64,000 nt of DNA, from the NCBI GenBank assembly GCA_945874145.1, contig CAMCFN010000015.1:1183-65182 (forward strand). The letters are read 5' to 3'. The notes under the pieces are model-generated. The model made no database searches, was not told the origin of the DNA, and worked only from the letters and a program-made list of their open reading frames with translations. Origin of the DNA: Akkermansia muciniphila (GTDB lineage Bacteria > Verrucomicrobiota > Verrucomicrobiia > Limisphaerales > SXTU01). The position numbers were made by a program, and so were the translations under genes. Of the stretch, positions 46,731 to 55,624 are shown piece after piece; the first letter of the stretch is position 1, and the number at the start of each line of letters is the position of its first letter.

Positions 46731-46746
46731 ATAGAAGATAACGCTT

Positions 46747-47298
46747 ATGCCAACCCTCAGCCGAGTTCAGCAGAAGTTCATCCTCCACTGGGGCGAGATG
46801 GGCACGCGCTGGGGCATCAACCGCACCGTTGCTCAGATTCACGCGCTGCTCTTCATCGCCCCTCAGCCCCTGCCGGCCGAGGACATTGCCGAGACCCTCA
46901 AGGTTGCGCGCTCAAACGTCTCCACGAGCCTCAAGGAATTGCAGGCCTGGGGCATCATCCGGCGCGTGCATGTGTTGGGCGATTCCCGCGACCACTACGA
47001 GTGCATGAAGGACGTCTGGGAGATGTTCCGCGTGGTTCTCGACGAGCGGAAGAAGCGGGAGATTGACCCCACTCTCACGGTGCTGCGCGAGTGCATCATC
47101 GAGGCCGAGCAGGACAAGGAGACCGACGAGCATACCGAACAGAAGCTCCGCGAGCTGGCCGGCTTCTTCGAGACTACGAACGCTTGGTATGCCCAAATCC
47201 GCAACTGGCCCGCCAGCGCCGTGGTGAAGTTCATCAAGCTCGGCGACAAGGTGCGCAAGCTCCTGGGCCTTACCGAGAGCGGCGACGGCAAACGCTAG
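46747..47298 (+). CDS. GbsR/MarR-family transcriptional regulator
   Basis: FILHWGEMGTRWGINRTVAQIHALL and ARSNVSTSLKEL. Confidence 0.9.
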   Translation: MPTLSRVQQKFILHWGEMGTRWGINRTVAQIHALLFIAPQPLPAEDIAETLKVARSNVSTSLKELQAWGIIRRVHVLGDSRDHYECMKDVWEMFRVVLDERKKREIDPTLTVLRECIIEAEQDKETDEHTEQKLRELAGFFETTNAWYAQIRNWPASAVVKFIKLGDKVRKLLGLTESGDGKR

Positions 47299-47304
47299 TG
47301 GACA

Positions 47305-48210
47305 ATGAACGCCTTCCCCTCATTTCGCCTCTGGCTCGGCTGGACATGGGTCCACGGCCTCGCGATGGGCGGGATTCACGCGCTGCTGGCTTTTGACAAC
47401 CATCGGTATTCCGTGGCCGGGTCTGCATACGCGAGTGTGCTGGCGCTCAGTCTGGCGCAACCGTTTTTCCTTCGCGGCCGGGGACGATGGCTATGGGCAT
47501 GGCCGGGCTTCACATTGCTCGGCGCCGCCGCATCCTTCGTCGCCACTTGGTATGCGACGATCGCATTGGGCGGTTTCGTCTGCCTCTTGCAATGGCCCTT
47601 GCTGGCTAGCTGCGGGATGCGAAGGACATTCTTCTGGCCCCTGATGGGACAGATCGGCTGGTTCGCGGGGTTGCTCATCGGCTGGTTTGCGGCAGCTGAA
47701 CTCTTCGTCGACCGGCTTGATTTCGCGCCGGGATACTGGCAGGCGTGCTTTGGATTGACGGTCCTGGGCCTGTGCTACGGCGCGGTCACTGGCTGCGCAC
47801 TCGCGCTGATGCAGCCCGCACCCACGGCCTGCACCGGCTGGCTCTACTACGACGGTGCGTGTCCGTTTTGCCTGCGTTGGTTGGGTCGGCTCGGGTTCAT
47901 CGCACGGCAAGGCGGGTTTGAAGTGGTCCAACCCCAATCGGAGGCCGCGCGCCGCGACCTCGGCTTGAGTGAAGGCGAGCTGCCCGCCGAGATGAAGCTC
48001 CGCCTCGCCGATGGTCGGCTCCTCGGCGGCGTGGACGCCTATATCGTGCTGGCGGAGGCCGCGGGTTGGACCGCGCCGTTGGGCTGGCTCGCACGGGTTC
48101 CCGGCTTCAACCAACTCGCGTGGCGCGGCTACCGGTGGATTGCCGCGAACCGTTACTGTCTCGGCGCTAGTTGCCAACTGCCTGCTCAACCAGAAAGGAG
48201 ACTGCCATGA
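47305..48210 (+). CDS. Multi-TM domain fused to a DUF393/DCC thiol-disulfide oxidoreductase domain
   Basis: About 170 hydrophobic residues, then YYDGACPFC (DxxCxxC) and YRWIAANRY. Confidence 0.8.
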   Translation: MNAFPSFRLWLGWTWVHGLAMGGIHALLAFDNHRYSVAGSAYASVLALSLAQPFFLRGRGRWLWAWPGFTLLGAAASFVATWYATIALGGFVCLLQWPLLASCGMRRTFFWPLMGQIGWFAGLLIGWFAAAELFVDRLDFAPGYWQACFGLTVLGLCYGAVTGCALALMQPAPTACTGWLYYDGACPFCLRWLGRLGFIARQGGFEVVQPQSEAARRDLGLSEGELPAEMKLRLADGRLLGGVDAYIVLAEAAGWTAPLGWLARVPGFNQLAWRGYRWIAANRYCLGASCQLPAQPERRLP

Positions 48211-48359
48211 AACTCATCCTCACCCATCCCCTGCGTGACTGCTGGCTGCGACTGAAGCTGCTGCTCCCGGCCGCGCCACCCGTTCACGTTCGAAAACCCG
48301 CGCCGCCACCACGTTGCCGGAAGCCGCACCGCACCACCGCCTTCTTTGAGTTGCCATGA
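48207..48359 (+). CDS. 50-aa basic small protein, translationally coupled
   Basis: AAGGAG Shine-Dalgarno sequence and ATGA overlaps with both neighbouring genes. Confidence 0.6.
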   Translation: MKLILTHPLRDCWLRLKLLLPAAPPVHVRKPAPPPRCRKPHRTTAFFELP

Positions 48360-49750
48360 AACTCAATCAACTCTGGAACTGGAACGGAGCCGTTGGCCGC
48401 AGAGAGTATTTGCTCTGGGGCATGCTGCTCTTCGCGCTGAAGTGGAACCTCGACCGCTTCGTGTTCGATGCGCTGCCGTCTGGGCGGCGCATCAACCTCA
48501 CGGACTATTTCCGGACCGGGTTTCCCGCAGGCGAGTGGCTCACGCTGGAAACCGTTCGTGAATCTGGCTGGACGATGCTGCTGCCGGCGCTGCCATTCCT
48601 CTGGGCTGGCGTGGTGCTCACCGTGCAACGACTGCGGTCCGCGTGCCTGCCGCTGTGGTTGGCGGTGTTCTTCGTCGTGCCCGTGTTGAAATGGTTGCTC
48701 TTCCTGGCAGCCGCTGTCGTCCCGCGCCGGGAAGCTCTGGAGCCGGCCCCGCATGAAGGCATCCGGCCACCGAGCTGGCTCGAACGCGTCTGCCCGAGGA
48801 CACGGCTCGGCAGTGCGATGGCTAGCGTGGTGCTGTCGTGCGGTCTGCTGTGGGCGGCGACGCTTCTGGGCACGCAGGGCTTTGAGCAATACGGCTGGGG
48901 ACTTTTCCTCGGTCTGCCGTTCGTCGCCGGCTTTCTTGCCGCGATGTCTTACGGTGTCCACGAGGTGCGCACCTGGCGCGAGAGCTTGCTGGTGGCCCTG
49001 CTGGCGGTGCTCGTGGCCTCGGTGGGCTTTGTCGCACTCGCGATTGAAGGCGTCATCTGTATTGCGATGGCGGCCCCGCTGGCCGTGCCGCTGGCGCTGG
49101 TAGGCGCGATGTTGGGACATGCGGTCCAGCCCGCTCGCCAGCGGCACAGCTCGGGGCAAATGCTCCGCGCGGGTGTGCTCGCCGTGCCGCTGATGCTCGG
49201 CGGGGAACGGCTGGTTGACGCGCCCTCGCCGCTGCTCGAAGTGAAATCCTCCCTGGACGTCGCCGCGCCGCCCGACCGTGTGTGGACACACGTGGTGCGC
49301 TTCGGCGAACTGCCGCCGCCGACCGAGTGGCTGTTTCGGCTGGGCATCGCGTATCCGCAGCGGGCGGAGATGTTCGGCGAAGGACCCGGAGCCTTGCGCC
49401 ACTGTGTTTTCTCCACGGGGCCGTTCGTCGAGCCAGTCGAAGTCTGGGACGCGCCACGCCTGCTGCGTTTCGGTGTGACGAAGAATCCGCCGCCGATGCA
49501 GGAGTGGACGCCCTACCATGACGTTCACCCGCCCCACCTCGACGGTTTTCTCGCCTCGGAGCGCGGGCAGTTTCAGCTCATTCCCCTGCCCGACGGCGGC
49601 ACCCGGCTGGAGGGCACCACGTGGTATCGGCACAACATGTGGCCGGTGAGCTACTGGCAGACTTGGTCCGACTATATCATCCATTGCATCCACCTCCGCG
49701 TCCTTCAGCACATCAAAACGCGGGCAGAAGCACCGCTAGCAAAGCCATGA
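48356..49750 (+). CDS. DUF805-like membrane domain + SRPBCC domain protein
   Basis: GAVGRREY, TVQRLRSA, IEGVICIAMAAP, APPDRVW and TRLEGTTWY. Confidence 0.82.
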   Translation: MKLNQLWNWNGAVGRREYLLWGMLLFALKWNLDRFVFDALPSGRRINLTDYFRTGFPAGEWLTLETVRESGWTMLLPALPFLWAGVVLTVQRLRSACLPLWLAVFFVVPVLKWLLFLAAAVVPRREALEPAPHEGIRPPSWLERVCPRTRLGSAMASVVLSCGLLWAATLLGTQGFEQYGWGLFLGLPFVAGFLAAMSYGVHEVRTWRESLLVALLAVLVASVGFVALAIEGVICIAMAAPLAVPLALVGAMLGHAVQPARQRHSSGQMLRAGVLAVPLMLGGERLVDAPSPLLEVKSSLDVAAPPDRVWTHVVRFGELPPPTEWLFRLGIAYPQRAEMFGEGPGALRHCVFSTGPFVEPVEVWDAPRLLRFGVTKNPPPMQEWTPYHDVHPPHLDGFLASERGQFQLIPLPDGGTRLEGTTWYRHNMWPVSYWQTWSDYIIHCIHLRVLQHIKTRAEAPLAKP

Positions 49751-50691
49751 TCAAACCACGCCTCATCCTCGCCGGCGGCTCTGGCTTCCTCGGGCAGGCC
49801 TTGGCGAAGCATTTTCAAGCGCTCGGCTGGGAAGTCGTCGTGTTTACTCGTTCGCCGCAGGCGAACAGCATGGCGCGCGAAGTGCGGTGGAACGCGGAAA
49901 CGCTGGGCGAGTGGGCGCGTGAGCTGGACGGCGCGACGGCGGTCGTGAATCTCACGGGGCGCTCGGTAGATTGCCGCTATAATACCAGGAATCGGCACGC
50001 CATCCTGGCCTCGCGGGTGAACTCGACCCGCGTCGTCGGGCAGGCCATCGCGCAGTGTGCGCAACCGCCGCGTGTGTGGCTCAACTCCAGTTCCGCAACG
50101 ATTTACCGGCACACGCTCGGGCCGGCTTGGGATGAGTCGGGCACGGACTTCGCAGCGACGCCGGAGGTGAACGATGAGTTCTCACTCGAAGTTATCCACG
50201 CGTGGGAGCAGGCGCTGAACGAAGCGGAGACGCCGCGCACTCGGAAGGTCGCACTGCGCACGACGATGGTGCTGGGCCTGGCGCGCAACAGCGTCTTCTC
50301 CGTGCTGCGGCGGCTGGCGCGGCTGGGCCTTGGCGGGCGAATGGGGAGCGGCGAGCAGTTCGTGTCGTGGCTGCACGAGACGGATTTTCTGCGCGCGGTG
50401 GAGTTCGTGATTGCTCATGAGGAGTTCAGCGGAGCGGTGAATTTTGCTGCACCGAACCCGGTGCCGAATCACGAGCTGATGCGGGCCTTTCGCGAGTTGG
50501 TCCGAATGCCAGTCGGCCTGCCGGCGACGGCGTGGATGCTGGAGGTCGGCGCGTTTTTCCTGCGGACGGAGACGGAGTTGATTTTGAAAAGCCGGCGCGT
50601 GGTGCCGGGGCGATTGTTGCAGGCGGGGTTTGAATTTCGGTTTCCGGAATTGCGCGCGGCGCTGGCGGAGTTGCAGGGCCGAGAAGCGTAG
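49747..50691 (+). CDS. TIGR01777-family NAD-dependent epimerase/oxidoreductase
   Basis: AGGSGFLG, VVNLTGRSVDCRY, GSGEQFVSWLH and KSRRVVPGRL. Confidence 0.92.
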   Translation: MIKPRLILAGGSGFLGQALAKHFQALGWEVVVFTRSPQANSMAREVRWNAETLGEWARELDGATAVVNLTGRSVDCRYNTRNRHAILASRVNSTRVVGQAIAQCAQPPRVWLNSSSATIYRHTLGPAWDESGTDFAATPEVNDEFSLEVIHAWEQALNEAETPRTRKVALRTTMVLGLARNSVFSVLRRLARLGLGGRMGSGEQFVSWLHETDFLRAVEFVIAHEEFSGAVNFAAPNPVPNHELMRAFRELVRMPVGLPATAWMLEVGAFFLRTETELILKSRRVVPGRLLQAGFEFRFPELRAALAELQGREA

Positions 50692-50840
50692 TGGCGGCGA
50701 GGGTCCCCCCTGCGGGAGAGCCGTCGCTTCTCGCCCATCGGAACCTGTTCGGTATCGCCGAGTGTCTCACGAACTTCCAGCCCCGATCCGGGCGGCGGGA
50801 CGCACGCCTGCTGCCTCAGGCAGGATGGCTGACGCCACGG
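50688..50840. repeat. Degenerate REP-like element
   Basis: The ends gtggcggcgagggtcccccctgc and gcaggatggctgacgccac are imperfect inverted copies with internal GC-rich hairpins. Confidence 0.4.
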
Positions 50841-50906
50841 CGGAGACTCGACAACTTCCGCCGCCCCACCACACTGCCCTTGAACGCGGCATCCAAACCC
50901 ATCCCT

Positions 50907-51449
50907 ATGATCACCCTTCTCGTTGGCACCAACCGTCCCGGCAGCAATACGCGTCTCGTGACGCTTCAAATTGAAGGCCTTTACGCCGAGTTGCAGCATC
51001 CGGTTCGCGTGCTGGACCTCGCGCAGTTGCCCCTGGAAGTGTTCGCGCCGAGGGCCTACGCGGAGAAGCCTGCCGGCTTCGCGCCGTTCGCGGATGCGGT
51101 GTTGGCTTTGACTGGCTTGCATGTGGTGACGCCTGAATACAACGGCTCTATGCCCGGCGTGCTGAAGTATTTCATTGATATGCTCAAGTTCCCGGAGAGT
51201 TTCGAGCGGCGGCCCGTGTGCTTCACGGGATTGGCGGCGGGGATGTGGGGCGCGCTGCGCCCGGTGGAGCAGCTCCAGCAAATCTTCGGCTACCGCAACG
51301 CGCACATCTACCCGGAACGCGTCTTCATTCCCGGAATCGGCAATCAGTTGGGCGCGGACGGGCGGCTTAAGGACGAGGAACTGGTCGGGCGATTGCGCAA
51401 ACAGGCGGCGGGCTTCGTGGAATTCACGCGACGAGTGGCTGCGAAGTAA
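50907..51449 (+). CDS. NADPH-dependent FMN reductase
   Basis: GTNRPGSNT and VTPEYNGSMPGVLKYFID. Confidence 0.92.
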   Translation: MITLLVGTNRPGSNTRLVTLQIEGLYAELQHPVRVLDLAQLPLEVFAPRAYAEKPAGFAPFADAVLALTGLHVVTPEYNGSMPGVLKYFIDMLKFPESFERRPVCFTGLAAGMWGALRPVEQLQQIFGYRNAHIYPERVFIPGIGNQLGADGRLKDEELVGRLRKQAAGFVEFTRRVAAK

Positions 51450-51466
51450 GGCGGCCTCCCACCGAT

Positions 51467-51866
51467 TTAAGGAGATGCTGAATAAAGCCGAGTTTTCAAT
51501 TTTGAGTTTGTGCTGACGGGGAAGTGAGCCGCAAGCGGCGCAGATTTACGTTTGGCGGCCTGCCTTCGCGGGGCGGGGCTGTGTTGGCGGTGGGGTTGGC
51601 CCGTTTTTTTGCACCCCTTCAACGCGTTTGCTCCATGGGATTGCCACGCGGTAGCCGCCGCGCTCCGATCACTACGTTGGCCAGACCAAAGAGCGTGTAG
51701 AGTTGGTGTCCTTTATTCGCCCCCCCGATACCGCACTTTCCGATGGCGGAGCAGGTTCTTCAAGATGTGGAAGGGATGCTCAAAGAACGCCCGCACCGAC
51801 GCTTTGGCTTTCTCCACCGCGTTGCGCACCGCCTCCTCCGCGCCTTCGGCCAACGCCTTGATCAGG
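51467..51866 (-). mobile_element. IS5-family relic: frameshifted transposase C terminus plus right IR and TTAA target
   Basis: My translation EKAKASVRAFFEHPFHILKNLLRHRKVRYRG / ANKGHQLYTLFGLANVV, with a frameshift in a G run. The end reads ...ttattcagcatctcc|ttaa at 51467-51486. Confidence 0.8.
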
Positions 51867-54206
51867 TTATCGGGCTGGATGAATGACTTCGTGCGGCCTT
51901 AGCTCGGCATTGCCCACTAGGTCGGTCGCTTGGGCGAGGTAGCGTCCGTCGGCGGGCGCGTTCAGCGTAATGATCCAGTCCGCGACCCCGGCGTGCTGGG
52001 TGGTGATCGTGGCGGGGCGGCCATTGACCGAGACGGTCGCGATCTGGCCGTTGTCATGGGAAACGCCACGCACGGTTCGTTTAGTGTCCGCAATTTGGAT
52101 GCTCGTGATCAAGGTCGCGGGCGGCAGATCATCCACGGGCGCGAGCAGCTGTGGGAAGACGATGCCCATCGCGTCGGTGGCGCGCGCTTCGGGGCCGGTC
52201 CAGCCATCAATGTTGCGATAGGCTCCGTCTTTCATGGCTGCGGCAGCGTTCACGCTCGCAACGCGTGTCACCGTGCCGTTTGCGGGGATCCCATGAAAAT
52301 AGTAGCTGACGGGATGCTCGGTCTTGCGCGTCCGGGGACCACCGCCGAAGTCCACGACCCCGCCTTCGCGTGAGACGCTGTTGGTGATGGTGACGCTGCG
52401 GAAGTGCGCCGCGAGGCCGGGCTTCGGCGAGATGGCTGTGAGTTGAACGAGGGGATCACGCTTCAGTGCGCAGTCGGCAAAGGTGAGGCGGTCAAAGGTG
52501 AAATCACCATAGGGAAGGCTCAGTTCGTCATGGCCGCCGTTGATTGGCTCGGCGGTGACGTTGTGGAGGGCGATGTCGCGATACACATGAACATCGAAGT
52601 CCGGGTGATAGATGCCAAACGCGGCGTCCTTGACCCGCAGGCCATCGAGCAGAAAGAACCGCACGTTGGGCCGAAGCGCATAGTGCGACGCCCACGTGCG
52701 CAGGTTGCGGACGATGAAGGGATGCTCGCGGTCGCCCTGCACGGAGCCGGGCTCCTCGTCACCGAAGCGAAAGTCGAACAACCCTTCGCTGTGGGACTCG
52801 TTGTCCTCGAAGCGGAGGAACGGCAGCGTGCGCACGTCGCGCTGGGCGACCTGTCCGTCCGGGGAACGCAGCCGGAGGACGGGGTCAAAATCGGGCGTCT
52901 TGGCGAGGTGGAAGTGGTAGCCATAACGGTCGTTCTCGCACGCGACATTGCGGGTGAGCGTGTTCCGCCCGTTGGCCCACCAGAAGCCCGCGCCGTCGTT
53001 GGGATCGTAGGACAGCACCTGCTTGGGCAGGGGCACGCTGCCGAAGGATTGCACGGCGAGGTTGCGGTCCAGCACGTTCCATTGTTCGGTCCCGTCCTCG
53101 AGGAAGAAGCCGTGGCCGCGCGATTGGTAGCCGACGCAGTCACGGACGAGCAGGTGGTCGGTGCCGTGGATGGTGACCCAGCGGTTGTGCGAATCCCAGA
53201 TGCTAACGCCGAGCACGCCGCTGCCGCGCATGGTGTCGCGCACGAGGTGGAAGTGGATCGCGTATTTGCCGAGCACGCCGTCCTTGCCCAAGTGCCGGAA
53301 CTCCGCGTAGCTGATGCCGCCGGATGAGTCGCGGTGATACATCGTGTGACCGCGCACGCCGGCCGGGTCGGCGGACTCGATGACGACATTGCGCGAGAGG
53401 TTGGCGACTTCGCAACGCGTCCACCCTTCGCCTTGGTGGGCCTTGTTGAGCGGGCGATCCAACGTAAGCACCGCGCCTTCGACGGCGGTGATCAAGCGCT
53501 CCTCTGTGCCCACCGGCTTCTGCCGGCCAAACTGCCGTTTCTGAAACGTGGTGCCGGACTCGATGGGGTGCCACTCGCCCGAGGTGATGATGAGGCGATC
53601 GCCGACGCGCCAGCCGACCACCGGTTGCTCCACGGTCACATGGAGGTCGCCAGCCTTGGCGGGCGTGGCGAGCTTCAGCCAAGTGCGGTTCATCGGCGCG
53701 CCATGCACGTCCCAGCGTCCGCCGCAGGCGATGATGGCGGGCAACGTCTCCGGGTTCGTGCCCTTGAAATGCCGCAGCCGGATGGTGGCTTGCACGCCCG
53801 CAGGGATGGGCGATGCCTGGGTGCCGATTTCGAGCACCGGCAGCGCAGTGCCAGCGGCGGGCGCGGGTGCGGCATCGTGGCAGTCGAAGCCGTCCTCCGT
53901 CGTGGTCTCACCGGGTTCGATCTTGATGAGGCCGACGTCGATCAAGGTGGAGACTTCCCGCGAGAACGTGAGCTTGCCTGCGACGTGGAGCATCCGCAGG
54001 GCGGCGGGTGAAGCCACATCATAGGTGACGACGTGACCGGCACGCACCTGGACGAAGTCACCGGCCTGCGGCTGACGCCCGCCGGCCCAAGTCCGGACGT
54101 CGGACCATTTGCCGCTCTGCGCCGTGCGGGCGTTGAAGACCACGGGTTCCGCCGCGAAGAGCGCCGTCGCGAACAGCCACGCGCAAAGAGTCGGGAGATG
54201 CTTCAT
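51867..54206 (-). CDS. Secreted G8-domain / parallel beta-helix protein
   Basis: Signal peptide, SGKWSD..TW..GRQP..GD.V.V.AGH.V.YD (G8), EVANLSRNV, LGKYAIHFHL and HNRWVTIHGT. Confidence 0.85.
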   Translation of the reverse strand: MKHLPTLCAWLFATALFAAEPVVFNARTAQSGKWSDVRTWAGGRQPQAGDFVQVRAGHVVTYDVASPAALRMLHVAGKLTFSREVSTLIDVGLIKIEPGETTTEDGFDCHDAAPAPAAGTALPVLEIGTQASPIPAGVQATIRLRHFKGTNPETLPAIIACGGRWDVHGAPMNRTWLKLATPAKAGDLHVTVEQPVVGWRVGDRLIITSGEWHPIESGTTFQKRQFGRQKPVGTEERLITAVEGAVLTLDRPLNKAHQGEGWTRCEVANLSRNVVIESADPAGVRGHTMYHRDSSGGISYAEFRHLGKDGVLGKYAIHFHLVRDTMRGSGVLGVSIWDSHNRWVTIHGTDHLLVRDCVGYQSRGHGFFLEDGTEQWNVLDRNLAVQSFGSVPLPKQVLSYDPNDGAGFWWANGRNTLTRNVACENDRYGYHFHLAKTPDFDPVLRLRSPDGQVAQRDVRTLPFLRFEDNESHSEGLFDFRFGDEEPGSVQGDREHPFIVRNLRTWASHYALRPNVRFFLLDGLRVKDAAFGIYHPDFDVHVYRDIALHNVTAEPINGGHDELSLPYGDFTFDRLTFADCALKRDPLVQLTAISPKPGLAAHFRSVTITNSVSREGGVVDFGGGPRTRKTEHPVSYYFHGIPANGTVTRVASVNAAAAMKDGAYRNIDGWTGPEARATDAMGIVFPQLLAPVDDLPPATLITSIQIADTKRTVRGVSHDNGQIATVSVNGRPATITTQHAGVADWIITLNAPADGRYLAQATDLVGNAELRPHEVIHPAR

Positions 54207-54235
54207 GACGATGAACCTTGTCCGGTCGGGCGTGG

Positions 54236-54883
54236 TCACTTCGTCTTCTGCACGCCGAGCTCGATCCGGGTGTTGTTGTCGTCGCCTTCGCCGTAAATGG
54301 TGACGATCGTCCCTTCCTTGACGGTGGCCAAAACTTTCTCCGCGGCGCCAACCAGCTTGAACCCGCCGCCATCAATACTTTCGAAAACCGGGAGGCCTTC
54401 GGGAAACTTGTTGAAGTGAAGATTGCTGCCATAGCGTTTGGTGAACGCGTCGGGGAGGTCTTTTCCCATGATCATCAGCCGGTCATTTTTGAAGGATATG
54501 AAGGTCCCAGTGACGCGTTCTTTTCTGGCCCCAACGCGGATGAGCGCCTTGCCTTGGGTGACCATGACATAGGCGTCGGCTTCCACCTTGCTCAAGCCTT
54601 CAGCCGTGCCCGAAGGTTTGTATTCGCCGGCGGCGTGGTCCCAGTGAACGACCTTGGTTTTGTCGGTGAGGTTGTGCCACACGAGGATGCCGTGATTGCC
54701 CCGGAGGGTCAGTGTGCCGTTCTTGAAGGATACGAACCGGCCAAACCCGTGCTGTTCTTTCTGGTCGGTCACCGTTGACGTCTCGGCGGCTGCGAGCGTC
54801 CACGGGGCGAAGCCCAGCAGGAGCAGGGCGACGATGCAGGGCACGATGCTGTAGGTGAGGATAGGGCGGGATACGAGTTTCAT
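54236..54883 (-). CDS. Exported protein, free paralogue of the BlaR1-like C-terminal domain
   Basis: Sec-type signal; FVSFKNGTLTL...GTFISFK...ESIDG...KEGT...RIELG. Confidence 0.85.
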   Translation of the reverse strand: MKLVSRPILTYSIVPCIVALLLLGFAPWTLAAAETSTVTDQKEQHGFGRFVSFKNGTLTLRGNHGILVWHNLTDKTKVVHWDHAAGEYKPSGTAEGLSKVEADAYVMVTQGKALIRVGARKERVTGTFISFKNDRLMIMGKDLPDAFTKRYGSNLHFNKFPEGLPVFESIDGGGFKLVGAAEKVLATVKEGTIVTIYGEGDDNNTRIELGVQKTK

Positions 54884-54948
54884 AAAACACATGGCTGACA
54901 CGCTTCGGCTGGGTGAACCATGCGCTGCTGACGCAGCGCAGGTCTGGG

Positions 54949-55590
54949 CTACTTGCTCTTCGGCACACCGATCTCGATGCGGGTGATGTTGTCATCGCCC
55001 TCGCCGTAAATAGTGAGGATGGTCCCTTCCTTGACGCGGGGCAAAGCCGTCGTCGGGGTGCCGGCCAGGGTGAAGTCCCCGCCATCAATGCTTTCGTAAA
55101 CCGGCACATCGGCGGCGAATTTGTTAAAGTGGACCTGGTTGCCGTATTTCTTCACGTAGCTGCCGCCGAGGTTGGTGCCGAGGAGCAGCAGCCGGTCGTC
55201 CTTGAACGAGACGAAGGTGCCTGTGGTGCGCCCCTTGCGTGAGCCGACGCGGATCACCGACTTGCCGCCACCGACCATGACCCAGGCGCCGGCCTCGATC
55301 TTGTGCAGGGCTGCGGCGTTGCCGGCGGGCTTATACTCGCTGGCGGCATCGTCTCAGCGCAGCACCTGCGTCTTTTCCGTGACGTTGTGCCACGCCAGCA
55401 CGCCGTAATTGCCCTTGAGCGTCAGCGTGCCGTCCTTGAAGGACATGAACTTGCCGCGCCCGGGCTGGTCTTTCTGGTCCGCCGCATCGGCCGCGCGCGC
55501 GCCCATGGTGACGCCGAGCAGGGCGATTGCTCCCAGCAGGAGGCCGAAGGTGAGGAAGCTCCGACGAGATGCAGGATTAAGGTGGTTCAT
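54949..55590 (-). pseudogene. Second free paralogue, interrupted by an in-frame TGA (55354-55356)
   Basis: ORFs 55354..55590 and 54949..55278 share a frame. QVLR*DDAASEYKP aligns with KVVHWDHAAGEYKP. The signal has a twin-Arg-like SRRSFL. Confidence 0.85.
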
Positions 55591-55624
55591 GACTGAGGAT
55601 TCGATCGAAGTGAAGACTGGGCGG

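Noticed and set aside
55354-55356. Selenocysteine codon
   Set aside because: The position aligns with Trp, not Cys, in both paralogues, and I saw no convincing SECIS hairpin.
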